This document shows, one piece after another, positions 13,081-26,689 of a stretch of 48,680 nucleotides of DNA. This stretch comes from Priapulus caudatus (Eukaryota): positions 930,727 to 979,406 of the forward strand of contig NW_014577076.1 of NCBI RefSeq assembly GCF_000485595.1, in the 5' to 3' direction. Below the pieces are notes generated by a model, which saw only the letters and a list, made by a program, of their open reading frames with translations, was not told where the DNA came from and did no database searches. A program made the position numbers and the translations under genes. Position 1 is the first letter of the stretch. Each line of letters begins with the position of its first letter.

Positions 13081-14577
13081 AGGGTCTATGTCCCCCAGGG
13101 TACTATCGGAGGGTACCCTGGGTACGGTTTGATATATCGGAACGTACCCTAGTAACTATCTGATATGGTTAGGGTTAGGGTTAGTGTTAGGGTTAGGGTT
13201 AGGGTTAGGGTTAGGGAGTACAGGGGCGGATGCAGGATTTTGTCTAGGGGGGGGGGGTGCAGGTGGGAAAGGGCACTTTGAGATTTTGTTAGGGGCAACA
13301 CCGCCGCTTCGTGCGCGAGGACCGCAGGTGCGAAGGAACCGGTGGGGGGTCGGGGGGGCCTCCCCCAGAAAATTTTTAAAAATCAGACTCCTTTTTATGC
13401 ATTTTCAAAGCATATGAGGCGACATTTTTGTACTTCAAGTCTTGTCATAGCAATGAAACAGACAATTCCAGTACAAGGCAAAATCCACAAAGCCACAAAA
13501 ACCATCAACTTGCTTGAAATTAACTGCCATCAGAGCGACAAAATACTAGTACCCGGTGAAATCAAACTGCGATATGGATTGAACACACTTTTATTACAAA
13601 AGAAAATGAAAATCATTACATGTACTAGATTTATATGCTTTTCCGTTTTCATACATTTTAGCTTAAAACTGTGAAGCTTCAGCTTGAATTTCAATGACTG
13701 ATATATTATCTTCTTAAAATATACCTCAGTAATTACTGCTTGGCCATACAGGGCGTGTACAGGGATTTGTACGCAGGGGGGTCCAACCTAAACTCCAAAA
13801 ACTTGAGCCGCGGAAAGGGGGGTTGGGCGGGGCCCTGCCCCATGAAATTTTTTGAAAATTAGACCCCCTCAGATGCGTTTTCTGGCGAGCAGGTGGGGGG
13901 GTCCGAGACCCCTGGACCCCCACGCCCGTAGCACGCCGCCTGTGCCAGTAGTACTTGACTTTTAACAAATTTAGACAGAATGAAGTGGGCTCATTGCCAG
14001 AGAGAATATAGTTAATTAGTAGCTACTAAGTACGTTTTTAAGTTTAAAAAATTCAAAGATAACATCGAAAACTATTCAGAATGATATTATTGAAGCAAAA
14101 TTAGAGGGGGGTTATTACCGCGGCAGGAGGGTAGCCAGTCCTATAACAAAGCAAATCAAAGCGGTGCGCAAGTCTTGGCGGCGATCTGTCGCAGCCGCAG
14201 AAAGACATAGTCGGGTCGGCCCCCGTCGCCCCCTAAAAAACTCCTCAGGAATAACATCCAACGTTATTTTTCAGTATTTTTTTCTGCTTAAAAATCTATA
14301 TTATTTTTTTAAAAAATTGGAGAAAAATAATTTCGTGGGCAGAAAAAAGGCAACTCAAAATTTTTTAGGGGGGGGGGAGGTGCGCACGGCCCTCACCCCG
14401 CCCCCCGCCCGTGATCGCGCGCCTTGGGAGGTAAGGCTAGGCGACTCCGCGTAGAGCTCGTTAGTGGAGGTAGGCGAGGTAGCGGTCGCAGGCATATTAG
14501 ATAGTACCAGGGTACGTTCCGATTATATCGAACCGTACCCAGGGTACCCTCCGATAGTACCTGGGGACATAGACCCT
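13081..14577. mobile_element. Composite element: ~85-bp TIR element with internal (TTAGGG)n, carrying nested CAGGG-terminated G/C-tract MITEs
   Basis: agggtctatgtcccc...ctatctgatatg (13081-13166) pairs with catattagatag...ggggacatagaccct (14492-14577). TTAGGG array at ~13167-13216. Inserted G-tract sequence from ~13220 to ~14426. Confidence 0.75.
13749..13942. mobile_element. Nested MITE with CAGG...CCTG imperfect TIRs (hAT-like termini)
   Basis: cagggcgtgtacaggg versus reverse complement of cccgtagcacgccgcctg. Flanks tggccata/tgccagta may be a decayed TSD. Confidence 0.5.
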
Positions 14578-14644
14578 CTCAGCATTACGCGACCTAATAT
14601 CCCTAATAAGTACTCTAGTAAAGGATTAGCCGTCTTTGAGAATC

Positions 14645-14778
14645 ACACCACAGAACAAACAAACAAGACAAACAAACAACACCACACACACACACACACA
14701 CACCCACGCACGCACGCACGCCGGCACGCACCGGCCCGCACTCACGCACGCGACGCACGCGCACGCACGCACACACAC

Positions 14779-14824
<46 letters not shown>

Positions 14825-14845
14825 AGTATATATAATATATTATGT
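14645..14845. repeat. (CA)n/(CACG)n/(TA)n microsatellite
   Basis: Visible repeat. Confidence 0.9.
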
Positions 14846-15162
14846 ATATCAATGGGAATAAACGACAGATATATTAATTTAGCGCCGTGTACAATATTCT
14901 CGTTGTTGATGCCAAAATTGTAGAAGTAGATCGGTAGAACACGGCAAAACATGAATCAAACTTTTTGTATTCATACCCTGATATCGTCTATCATCGGGGG
15001 TCTCAACTGTGTCTGGTCAAAGCATCATATTATTCATTTATGCAGTAATATTAACTCGTTAATGGTTTAGCCATCCTCAGGATAAGGGATATTTTTTTAA
15101 GATAACAGCATGCTTACAGAATATATAATTAAATAACTTCATCGGATCTCTATAATTTACAT

Positions 15163-15387
15163 GCTAATAACGTTAATCTCAGTTAGATCCATAATCAGTA
15201 CAAAATAACTTACTCTGGCGAAATTTTCGTCCATCTCTCCGACAGACTTCCTCAGGTCTAACGTTTCTAAGTTCTACGGTTCTAAACGTTAGACCTGAGG
15301 AAGTCTGTCGGAGAGATGGACGAAAATTTCGTCAGAGTAAGTTATTTTGTACTGATTATGAATCTAATTGAGATTAACGTTATTAGC
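15163..15387. repeat. Near-perfect palindrome/foldback (104-bp arms, 17-nt loop)
   Basis: gctaataacgttaatctc...aggtctaacgttt (15163-15266) is the reverse complement of 15284-15387 with about three mismatches. Confidence 0.9.
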
Positions 15388-15596
15388 TTACAGAATATAG
15401 TCGTGTATATCCCTATGACAGTAAACGTTGTGATATATTCCTGCCACAGAATATGACGAATGTATTATGCAGTTTGGTCATGTACCATTTGCAAAATTAA
15501 TAACCCGCAACATTATCAATGCATTCGTTGCCCTCGTATACGTGTACTCGAGCTCATACGTTCAGAGAAACATACAAGAATATGTTCTTGTGCGTG

Positions 15597-15639
<43 letters not shown>

Positions 15640-17232
15640 GGATGTTCATGGGTGTGTGTGGTGAGGGGCGTGTTATAATTTGCTGATAAAGAACGCTATC
15701 ATTTATTCGCATATTATCATACGATACCACTTACCGACGTAGTTGAACCCTTCACAAAATATTGCAAGTTTGTGCGTATAAGAGCATAGGTATGTGGGCG
15801 TTGATTTAGCGTTTCCTCTGTTTTATACGCGCCAGACACATTAAACCGTGATTTCCTAATAGCAGTTGGTCGCATAAGCCGACGAGGCGTTTTCTCCTTT
15901 AAACAGCGAGACGACACGCGTCAGCTGAGACGATGCGCCTCGTCGGGTGTAACTGGGTGTGGAACGTACCCACGCCCATGTATTCTAATTCCCAGATTAC
16001 ATAGATCGCGATAAGATGTAGATTTTATTGCCAACATAGGTTAGATTTAATGTTGCGGCGATAAACGACGCCATACTTGCATAACATCGTGATTTTATCG
16101 TTGAGTTTTCCCCCGCTAATCCGGTTGTTATGCGGCCCTTGTTCTCCGTCGTGCCAACTATGGCGGTCTATTTCAAACCTTCCAGGTGGCGGAAAGGCAA
16201 TCTCCTTTGCATTAGTGATTGTTAATTGCTAATTAGGCGATTATCAGCAGTGGCATTTCGAGTCGATCGCATGACGTCATTCGCTGCGAGCTCTCGTGAC
16301 TTCCCGTTGGGTTGACGGAGAAAGATGATAATTACGTAGCGGTTTCTTGGCTGAGGCTCGGCGTAATGTGTTATTCCTATAATGGCTGAACACATGAGCA
16401 TATCGAGCGTATGTTAAATCGATATCGCATTACACTGTCTGACCGTAGCGCGATGGATGGAATGCGGCATTGAAAAATTACGTCGCAATGTGAATAAGCT
16501 CATCGGAAAGCAACAGTAATAGAAAGAAAAGCGAATGTGCATTGAAACATGGTGGTGGGCAGTGTTGGCATGGGTACGATTTTGATTCATGGGTGGGTAA
16601 CTGGAGGGTCACTTTCACTTCGTGGCAAGGTGGTTATGTGCACGCACAGACACATGAAGAGCACACACGTACACGTACGCATACGCGCGCGCACACACAG
16701 ACACAAACACACACCAGAGCACGCGCACGCGCGAGCACACACACAAACACACATACACAGACATATGACGCAGAGGGCGCCCACGCACGAAACAACACTC
16801 GTGCAACACATTCAAAATTGTATGACAAAATAATTTGTTAGAATTACGGTGAAAAGTTAAAGATATTAATATCAATCTATGCCTAGCTTGTGAATGAAAG
16901 AAATACGAGTGAGCTATGGACCTTTTGTTTCATAGAGTGTGCGTATATCAAATTGTCAGCAGCTACGAGTGATTATGTGTAATTGTGCGCAACGCGGTGA
17001 ATTCAGTCGTTAGCGCACTTATGTCAACAGAGAGTTATGATCAGCTACGGCTAGGTGCCCACAAATATGAAGTAATGATCACGTGATCGGTTAATAAATA
17101 CAACAGGCATCGAAATCGTCACCGGGCGTTCCTAGTCGCCGAAAAACCTCGGTCTCTTTTTCACGTAATCTATTCATCGCTGACTAGCATCTTTTTCTGT
17201 TGAAGATTCGTCTAGCTGTATACCGTCACGCA

Positions 17233-18182
17233 GTAGGGGAACCCGGGGCAAAGCGGAACCCGGGGCAAAGTGGAATTGTCTCAGCAGATCTATGTTGATG
17301 CCGCCAGCTATCTGTGACTGTTTTCATTAGAAGCTCAGTTGATGATGCATCGTTTTTGATGGATGCCATTTGCATGAATCAGCTATGTACATTTTTTTGG
17401 ACGAAAGTCTGTTTTTTATGTGTTTAAACGGATATTTTTTAGAAATGAATCATCTGCTAAATCACTGGAATTCTTATGTAGGCTATTTTGTTGAATCTAA
17501 GGCCAATGTGTGCCATATGCATGATGATATTCTTTGCGTAGTTGTCTGCACAGCGTAACGCCACATGTATAGAAACTATCATGTGTTCGGGGCAAAGTGG
17601 ATGGGGCAAAGTGGAACAGGGTTCCACTTTTCCCCGGCCATATTTGATAGGCCTAGATGTATTTTATTATTATCAGATTATTTATTAGGATCTTAATTAG
17701 TACTCTCAGTAGCAGGTAGACCTCTATGTCTGTCTTTGCATCATTTTAACACCTAACTCGGTAACATTGGCCTAATTGTGTCTTCCCTAGACTTACATAT
17801 TGTGTAAGCGTCCTATAATGGCATTTTTCTTTCATATTTAAGGCAAAATGGTACGCAACTATGAATTTGATGTTCAGAGTTAGACACTGAAAGAGGACGC
17901 AACATTTTTGACACAATATACATGGAGTAAAATGACATTCCACCTTGCCCCATAACAGGTTTCACTTTGCCCCGGGAGTCTGGGGCAAAATGAAATATTT
18001 ATAATTTTTATAATTTTGTATATTTCAATAAAGTCGTTTTTTAGATTAACTTTGTTTGTACCGCCTGTTAGTTCTTGTCCTAAGCCAAAGGATTAGAGCC
18101 AAACATTTCACTTTGTTTCGCTTTTTCACAGCGTTTTGGCCAACCAAATTTTTTCGGTCCACTTTGCCCCGGGTCCCATTAC
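17233..18182. mobile_element. Non-autonomous DNA transposon with short TIRs and repeated GGGGCAAAGTGG motifs
   Basis: gtaggggaacccggggcaaag versus ctttgccccgggtcccattac. The motif recurs in both orientations near 17245, 17262, 17589, 17603, 17625, 17941, 17963, 17982 and 18159. Confidence 0.7.
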
Positions 18183-21100
18183 GCATATAATTTCGCGTGT
18201 CAAAATGAGGGCAATACATGTGTTACATATACGTAGCCAAGTGATACATAGCAGCGCTGTTTGCTCGTTTCAGTTTGCTTAGCTCATGCATGAAAATGGC
18301 TTCAATTCTCCCTCTCCCGGTGGGTGTAGCCTCACAACAACGCTCTGCAGTCCACGCATGAAAGGCAGCTTGTCTACATTCACATTAAATGTCAGTTATT
18401 TATATCGCAGAGTAATTAAATTCTCAATCCCGGGGTGTTCTCGACACTCGTGACGATGGCGAACGAAATCGGATTATGTCACTTGCGCTGCGCGGCTGCA
18501 GGCGTCCTGATAACGTTAAGGCGGCCTTGCATTGCTGTATACACCCACGGCTACGTCATTGCGCGATGCGCGGGGAATTATAACGAGGCGGCTTCGCACA
18601 CAACAGGATTACGGCGCGGATGTAATATAAAGCGTCTGCCGCCTACGCGAAATTAGAAAGTCAAATGCGACGCTATCGCTGCCGGCAACCGGTGCCTCTC
18701 GCTAACAGCAGCGAGCCACGTACGGACAGTGCAGGCAGACGCGGGCCGCTGCTTGCTCGCTCGTACGTCGCATCAGAATTGCGAAGGGCTTCAGTCGCTC
18801 ACACTGAGTTGTGCGGTGAACACCGCCGCCATTTTCGCTCTCTCGGCACGCCGCGGCGAGCAATAAATGCCTTCGATCGCCACGCGCGGGTTCAATCACA
18901 GACAATCATATGAGTTCTGACTAGCTCGGCGTAATTGTTTACTCGACCGTAATTGTGTTTCATCTTCGGCACTAACTAGCTTGTGTATGGTTTCACGTGT
19001 GGGCAGGCCAAATTATGACCGTGCAGTTACGGATAATACGGTCAACCGTGCGAGTGTATATGGCCTCTGCGTGATACATGCCATGAATGTAATTCGCGCT
19101 GGTATAAGTTTCCAATTGGAATGGGAGAAATTGGGCTCGAAAGCGCTACGTAATGCCGGTGGAGAAGCCGCTATTTGGCACTTGTGTTCGATTAATCTCT
19201 TGGCGCAACAGAGCCAGAACCTGTGGGTCTCTTTTCTTGGCCGATGTCCAGGGTGTGATGCAGTTTTAGTAAGCGCTCTTCCGCTCTCACGAACTCCCCA
19301 CCACCTCATCCGTCAGGCTGGCTCCTAACCAAGGACGTATGCGAATATATATACATTACCCACAAATGAGAAGAGGGAGTGCGCATACAGACGCGTACAC
19401 ACATATACCTCGGACACCCGTATATGAACGAATCCTTGCCGCCCAACTACGAAATACTATCTGTTAGCTGTGTGGCTACCTAATGCAACAGCACACGAGC
19501 AAGCTAGCAAACCTTTCGACTATTCTATGTAAATCACACTGAAAAACACACGTGAAAACGTATCCAGTCACGCGCTCACTGGCACTCACCTGCGCACACG
19601 TGACAACGTGTCACCTATTGCTGGTACCGACAGGCGCCCACGGCTATCGCCCACTTGCTCCCATCAGTGTCTACTTGTGTTCACAGGGGGCCACATTCAA
19701 CACCGCTTACTACTAGGAGACACGAGTATTGACAGAGTAGAGCAACTATGTTAAACAGCCCTTTCTTCCGCTTTACAAAGTTAGAACAAACTGATGCAGG
19801 CTAACAACTAGTTGTTAACTGTTTATTTCATAGCTCAATAGCATCAAGTGACAAGCTGAATCGAACCTACACGAGATAGAGCAATGAATCGACGTGTCAC
19901 AGTGACGGTTCAGGCCTCCGCTCCACACATGTCAATGTTTTGACGACGGTCATTACACCAAGTAAACGAACACTGACGTCACGCCATGAAACCCTGGCGA
20001 ACTAACGCTGACAATCTAATGCGTTCATATACGATGGCACCATAGAGTGAATGTGTGAGTTATATCCATTAATTACTATCAAACGTCAGCATTAGTCGGT
20101 TGGTGTACGACTAGTTCGATGTAAGTAGGCTAGCCTATCAAGCATATTAAGTCCTGATAAGGATGTCTATTTCGGACCTTATGTTTTGCGCTAAACATGA
20201 AATTCAGAAGGTGTACTTCGAATTCATTTTCAATTGACAGAATATGACAACAATGATATATAGGCATAAAATGCACAACGGAAGCGTTTTAAATAGCGAT
20301 TTTTAAATGGGGAAATGACGCTAACATGTGTAATTTGTTATTTATATAGTAAATAAAAAAATCGTTGTAATTTTATTGATACTATTATATATGTCGTTCA
20401 CGTAAGACAATCCTACTATACAGCTGATAATTGAGATTGTTTAAAACTGTATTATGGGGCACGGCCACCTGACACTCCGTTAGTGTTACTGCCTATAAGG
20501 AGTATTATATCCGTAACTTGCATAGCACCGCCACTACTTATCTCAGCATAGATGGAAATGGACATAATCACCAAATCATACAATCCCATACCAAATCACC
20601 AAATCACACAATCACATAAACATAAAATCAACAAATTACAAAATACATAAATCATCACATTAATTAATACAGAAGAACATTTTTGAAGCACTTGGACTGA
20701 CACAGGCTATCAAATCAGCCGCGTCGATTGTAGGTACTCGAAATCATGATCATTCAACACACTCTTAGCAACACGAGTAATCCTCATCAGAAAAAAACAA
20801 AGACCGAAAATTGCACATTTTATATTGCTTAGCGTCAACAACAAACGGTCATGTATTGCTTGCGGGAATTGCCGATCACCACGCAAAACATTCATCACAA
20901 ATGTCTGTGGCCTAAGTTAGATAATACAAAGACGTGTATGATGCTCTTCAAATAATCCCCCCTCTGGTAATTATCGTTCCTACTACGACGACTACACCGT
21001 CCATTTAGCAACGTCCAGAATCGATGTTCCCGATAAAGAAGCAGTCTTTTGTTTGCTTGTGTTATCGGTTCTTGCAGCTGCATGTTTTCACTGAGTGACG

Positions 21101-22143
21101 GGCTAGTTCAAATATACATAACTCGCCGCCCACGCACACGCGTGGGTTGCTATTAAGCACGCACAACTGCTCGTAATTGCTGTGAAAACACAGACGCGAT
21201 TTTTGACTTCGTAATCAGTTCCTACCACGCGTGATCCTCTCAAGACAAAACCAATAAATTAGCCACACGCATCTAGGGGTGGTAACGTTAAAGACTCATT
21301 AAAGCTCAAAAACTCCATGGAACAAAAAATCAACTATATCTAACCTCAGGAAATCACAAACAGATGAATGAAGAAGTCAGTGTGCATTATGCTGGATTAG
21401 TATAGTAGAAAAAGCATCTTGCACGGGTTTTCCATGTGCTAAACTATTTCTCTAACCTTTGCAATAAATATTCAGAGTAAGTTCAAGACCACTTTTGACG
21501 ATATAACGAGTGTAACTTGATAACAGAAAAGTATACACAGTTGCATACTGACACTTTTCTACTTTTTTAAGACATGCAAGACGTGTGTATTGGAACCGGG
21601 GATATAACAACGGCGTAAACAAGAAGTTGACACATTATTCAAACATATAATGTTCTGCATCCGTTGCTTGTTAAAGTTTATGCCTAGTTACAAGTCACTC
21701 CACAAGCCACTCTTTTTTAAAACAGTAACAACCACTGTTGAGTATGGTACGTTACATGGATAATCAGTCCATGTCTTGAGCTGTGTAGAAAGAGGAGTTA
21801 TCAGCTAGTTATTTAGGACGGTTCGTCCAATATTGGGTTCCAACAAACGAATTCAACGATCCGTTGTGAAACGACGTCAGATGGATTCCACAGTTTATTA
21901 TAATATTAATAGTGTATGGCAAGTGTATGGTAATAGTGAACTCCGCTAGTAGGCCTTCACATGTGTACGGTTGGAAGAACTGGTGTTACGCAACCCAGGT
22001 TGCCGATGCGCGGGAGGGAAGGGGCAAATGTAAGATATCTACGATGTCATCGACAACATCGTGAAAAAACCTATGTAGCAGCATTCCATTGGCAACTTAT
22101 CTTCTTAGTCCGGTAGTTGAAGGTGAAATATCGATGCTACCCG

Positions 22144-23561
22144 AAAAAAATGGTATAAAGACGAGCAGATTTTTACACATGATGAGCAGGATGTTGTCAT
22201 AGAACAACATATCCAAAATCCGCAAAAATTCCTTGAGTCCAAAAGTCTTTGAATACTTTGCACTTTTTTGCATGTTTTGTAATGGGAAATGAGCATGAGC
22301 AAGGCTTGTCAAGTAGTGGGGTCAGATATGTGAAAATTTGTGGGTTTTGTAGTAAAAGCACCAAAATTGGCACGAATGAAGTTAAGGGCATACTAAATGA
22401 TTTTAGATATAGTGCCAAGCTAATTCTTTTCCGTAACGGCCGTAACAATGGAAAATTCAAAATGGCAGCCGCGCGATTCTCAATATCTACTAATTGTTCC
22501 ATCTTCGTAAATATTTGACACAAAAACATTAATATAGTGTCATTGTTTTACTTGCAGAATCTAATGGTGTGATTATCTCAGTGAAAAAATGCATGTATCT
22601 GAAGCTAGGTCACAGGTTAATGCTAAAGATTCAAGATGACCGCCATCTGAATAGTAAATATCTGTCCTATCTTTGTAAATATTTGGCATAAAAACAGGAA
22701 TAAAGTGTCTTTTTATATCTTTTTAGGTTTATAAAATTATTCATTGTTCGTTAAACATTATATGTTCTGTTTATATGTTTTATTTGGTGGCCATCTTAAA
22801 TTTTTAGCATTAACCTGTGCCCTATCGTCAGATACATGCATTTTTTCACTGAAATAATCACACCATTAGATTCTGCAAGTCAAAAAACACATAAAAAGAC
22901 ACTTTATTCATGTTTTATGCCAAATATTTACACAGATAGGATAGATATTTACTATTCAGATGGTGGCCATCTTGAGCTTTTAGCATTAACCTGTGCCCTA
23001 ACTTCAGATACATGCATTTTTTCACTGAAATAATCACACCATTAGATTCTGCAAGTCAAAAAACATATAAAAAGACACTTTATTCATGTTTTTGTGTCAA
23101 ATATTAACGAAGATGGAACAATTAGCAGATATTGAGAATCACGCGGCGGCCATTTTGGATTTTTTATTGTTACGGCCGTTACGGAAATAAATTAGCTTGG
23201 CACTATATCTAAAATCATTTAGTATACACTTAAACTCATTCTTGCCAATTTTTCTGCTTTTACCACAAAACCCACAATTTTTTCACATATCTGCCCCCAC
23301 TATATCACTTGACAAGCCTTGCCCATGTAAGGCTTGTCAAGTGAATGCTTATTTCCCACTACAAAACATGCAAAAAAGTGCAAAATATTGAAAGACTCAT
23401 AAAAAATTTCCCCCAAAGTGGATTTTTGCGGATTTTTGATATGTTATTCTATGACACATCTTTATACCATTTTTTTCCTGGTCAAAATGCTCTACTACCA
23501 GACTATCTATCGTCTAGTATCAGTCGTCCAAGGGAAAAAAAATGGTATAAAGATGTGTCAT
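22144..23561. mobile_element. Large foldback-type DNA transposon remnant (long imperfect inverted repeats, internal ~176-bp tandem duplication)
   Basis: 22144-~22720 is the reverse complement of ~22880-23476. Tandem copies at ~22786-22930 and ~22962-23106. An extra inverted copy of the terminus at ~23535-23561. Confidence 0.75.
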
Positions 23562-24786
23562 ATTATGGCCCTGTCTTCAATCGTAGATGTTACTGCTGAC
23601 GCGTATACAGCTCGTCGCTGGACCGCCTCTATGCGGTGTTGATTTGCCGCGGTTGATGGATTCCAGACAGAGGAGGCATGTTCGATGTGATCCAAAATAA
23701 CTTGTTATTGACCCTCATGCTCAAAGTCATCGTGGTATCGACGAAAACCTGCTTCTTTATCTATCAAAGATAAACCAGGCAGTCGTCAGCACACAAAAAT
23801 GATATAGTTGAATTTCAAACATTGTTTAGAATGTTCTTGATTCACCACGTGAAAATGAGAGGTTAAGCTTAGGGTTCCAAGGGACGCTTAGGATGGTAAT
23901 TATGGACACATAATAATTTTTTTTCGTCAGAGCAACGTTCTGCATTCGGTTACTTAAGGAGTTCTTTGGTAGTCTCTCTACTCTAACGGTTTTTCTAACG
24001 ACGGCACAATATTCTAGCGTAGTACCTACAATTGTTTTCCCTTTGTTATTTTATTTGTCTCTTTACTCACATTCTTATTTCTGGTCTTCTCACCGGGAAA
24101 TCAGGTGTAGTATAAGGTAGACAACGCCGACAATTATAGTATATGCGTGTATAGTAATGAATATGGTAGACTGGACCACACTAAACCTGCACCTGCACCA
24201 AACTACCTGCCAACCTACCTGCACCAAACACCTGCACCAAACTAAATTCACAATATATGCGGACAAAAGGTCGATAAGATGTCTCGCCTCAAAAATATTA
24301 TTTATCCTAGCACACCTACTTGCCATCGGGCTAGCCAAATTGTGAGTACACAGTGACACGATGAATGCAATCTTATTCGCCGGGCAAGCCAACAGACAAA
24401 TGGCTAAAGCTTTGGAAACACCAAATAACTAGTGATGAATGCTGGTTCGTACTAAGCGAGTGTTGCCTGTGTGAAACTAACCGTTTACAACTCTTTAAAA
24501 CTACTACGCAGTATACACGCACTGCACATTGCAAGGTAACCTTCACTATAGTTATTTAATCGACAAAGACACCTAATTGAAGCCTTAAACTTTGATCCCG
24601 CCATTTCCTGATCAGATTTCACTTTATTACGTCGCGTATTTCTTTAACGAGGAACGTATATATTACGCCATATGTTTAACCTGAATTCTACATGGCACAT
24701 TTTTAACCACCTTTTTCAAGCCAATTTTTTCGCTATTGAGGTCAGTGAAAGGCACCCAGAGTACCAATGATAGCGAAAGGAACCGT

Positions 24787-24798
24787 GGAAAGTAAGTT

Positions 24799-24858
<60 letters not shown>

Positions 24859-24879
24859 NNNNNNNNNNGGAAGTAAGTT

Positions 24880-24959
<80 letters not shown>

Positions 24960-24984
24960 TAGTATTATTGTTATAATAATAATA

Positions 24985-25022
<38 letters not shown>

Positions 25023-25059
25023 ATTATTATTATTATTAGTAGTAGTAGTAGTAGTAGTA

Positions 25060-25116
<57 letters not shown>

Positions 25117-25146
25117 ATAGTAGTAGTAATAGCAGCAGTAGTAGTG
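24787..25146. repeat. (TTA)n/(TAA)n/(TAG)n microsatellite containing a 10-N gap (24859-24868)
   Basis: Visible repeat. ggaa(a)gtaagttagtg+(tta)n occurs on both sides of the gap. Confidence 0.95.
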
Positions 25147-26409
25147 TCTATGATTATGTAATATGTCTGATACCGTCTTGCTATTAATGAAATATTGGTT
25201 TTGGCAATATACGAACAAAGATTGCCATCAATATTGACTCCATCACCATTCTAGAAATGACGCGCTCACCTCGCTTACTTTAAATGTTTTGGCATTTTAA
25301 AATGATTAGAATATTTCGATAGCGCCTGGAATTACCCTTTCCATTTTCACGTCGTCACATCTAAATTGTGTTGCTGTCCAATAACAGGGGGCATCACTTT
25401 AGATAAATAGTTATTGCTTGATGCTCTCCGTTCGCGTTAGCACGCGAAAGTTTACAGTTTTAGGGAATGTAGTCATCGCGCTCTATACATTTCCAATCGT
25501 GAGCTGTTCTCGCAATGATAAGTCATGTGATGACATGCGCAAGTCTGTAGACTTAGTCACTACGCACGGATTCGTACATGATGTGTGTTTATATTTGTTA
25601 TTACAATCACAACATAAGTTTCGCGCTGGCCGTTTTATGAGGGAATGAGGCCACGTGCTTTCTGTATTCCGTCAAGTAGGCAGCCAGGCGGGCGTGCAAG
25701 CGGCCGGACGTGCGGGGAAGCATGCAGGCGAGCGATTATAAACCAGCAGCAGCGGCAGCATCTTTTCCCGGAAGGAGATCGGCCGTTTGACTGCGTTAAC
25801 CCGATACAAATGTGTCGGCAGGGGATGACATTCACATGCAATGAGCTCGCAAGCATAACGCGCGAACATCGCAACGGTTCGTGATTCCTAACCTAGGTCG
25901 AAGAAGTTGCAGGACAAGAAGTGGAGAGTTTCGCGGGGGGGAAGAGGAGGAGTGAAAGTGGCGACACGGGCGGGAATGGAAGTGGAGTAAGAGGAGCGAG
26001 AAAAAATATGTCTTAAATCGGTGTTGTCGATTGTAGCCGAGTTATTAGCTGGCGACTTTCATTGCGAATTTATCTAGAGCTCGTTCATTTTTCGCGCCGT
26101 TATTCGAGCCGACTTCTTGTGCTGGATTTGATTTATTTGGGTCACATCGGCACGTGGCTTCAACCACGTAGGGATTACGGACAGAGCCTCTCTTCCTTCC
26201 GTTGTCCGCGCAAAAACTTCGCAACTCGGTTCAGGCGCGGCCCTGCCTTGCATCAGACGTCTCTCGCGCTGGCAGGTGGTTCTAATAGCAACCGCTGCGC
26301 GAAATAACCACTTGCGTGCGCGTGAAAGTCGGCGCAGATAATTAGAGCTATGATGGCTGCAGGTCGACCGGGAGGGCTCCCCCGAGCTAACGCGCGGTCC
26401 GCACGTTGT

Positions 26410-26689
26410 CTACCAGCCCTGTGCGAGCATTACTCTACCAGCCCTGTGCTAGCATCACTCTACCAGCCCTGTGCTAGCATCACTCTACCAGCCCTGTGCT
26501 AGCATCACTCTACCAGCCCTGTGCTAGCATCACTCTACCAGCCCTGTGAGAGCATCAGTTTACCAGTCTTGTGTGAGTATCAGTCTACCATCCCTGTGTG
26601 AGCATCAGTCTACCATCCCTATGCGAGCATCAGTCTACCAGCCTTGTTTGAGCATCAGTCTACCATCCCTGTGCTAGCATCAGTCTACC
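26410..26689. repeat. 25-bp minisatellite, ~11 units (TACCAGCCCTGTGCTAGCATCACTC)
   Basis: Units start at 26411, 26436, 26461 ... 26661 with 25-bp periodicity. Confidence 0.95.

Noticed and set aside
13167..13216. TTAGGG array as a true telomere or chromosome fusion scar
   Set aside because: Short and enclosed within the TIRs of a transposon-like element.
22097..23642. Short ORFs as transposase fragments
   Set aside because: No DDE or other transposase motifs; they are mirrored products of the inverted repeat.
24787..24960. Direct duplication of ggaagtaagttagtg(tta)n
   Set aside because: Straddles a 10-N gap; most likely an unmerged contig overlap.
26410..26689. CRISPR-like regular repeat
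   Set aside because: Head-to-tail tandem units with no unique spacers, no cas genes, and a eukaryotic context.
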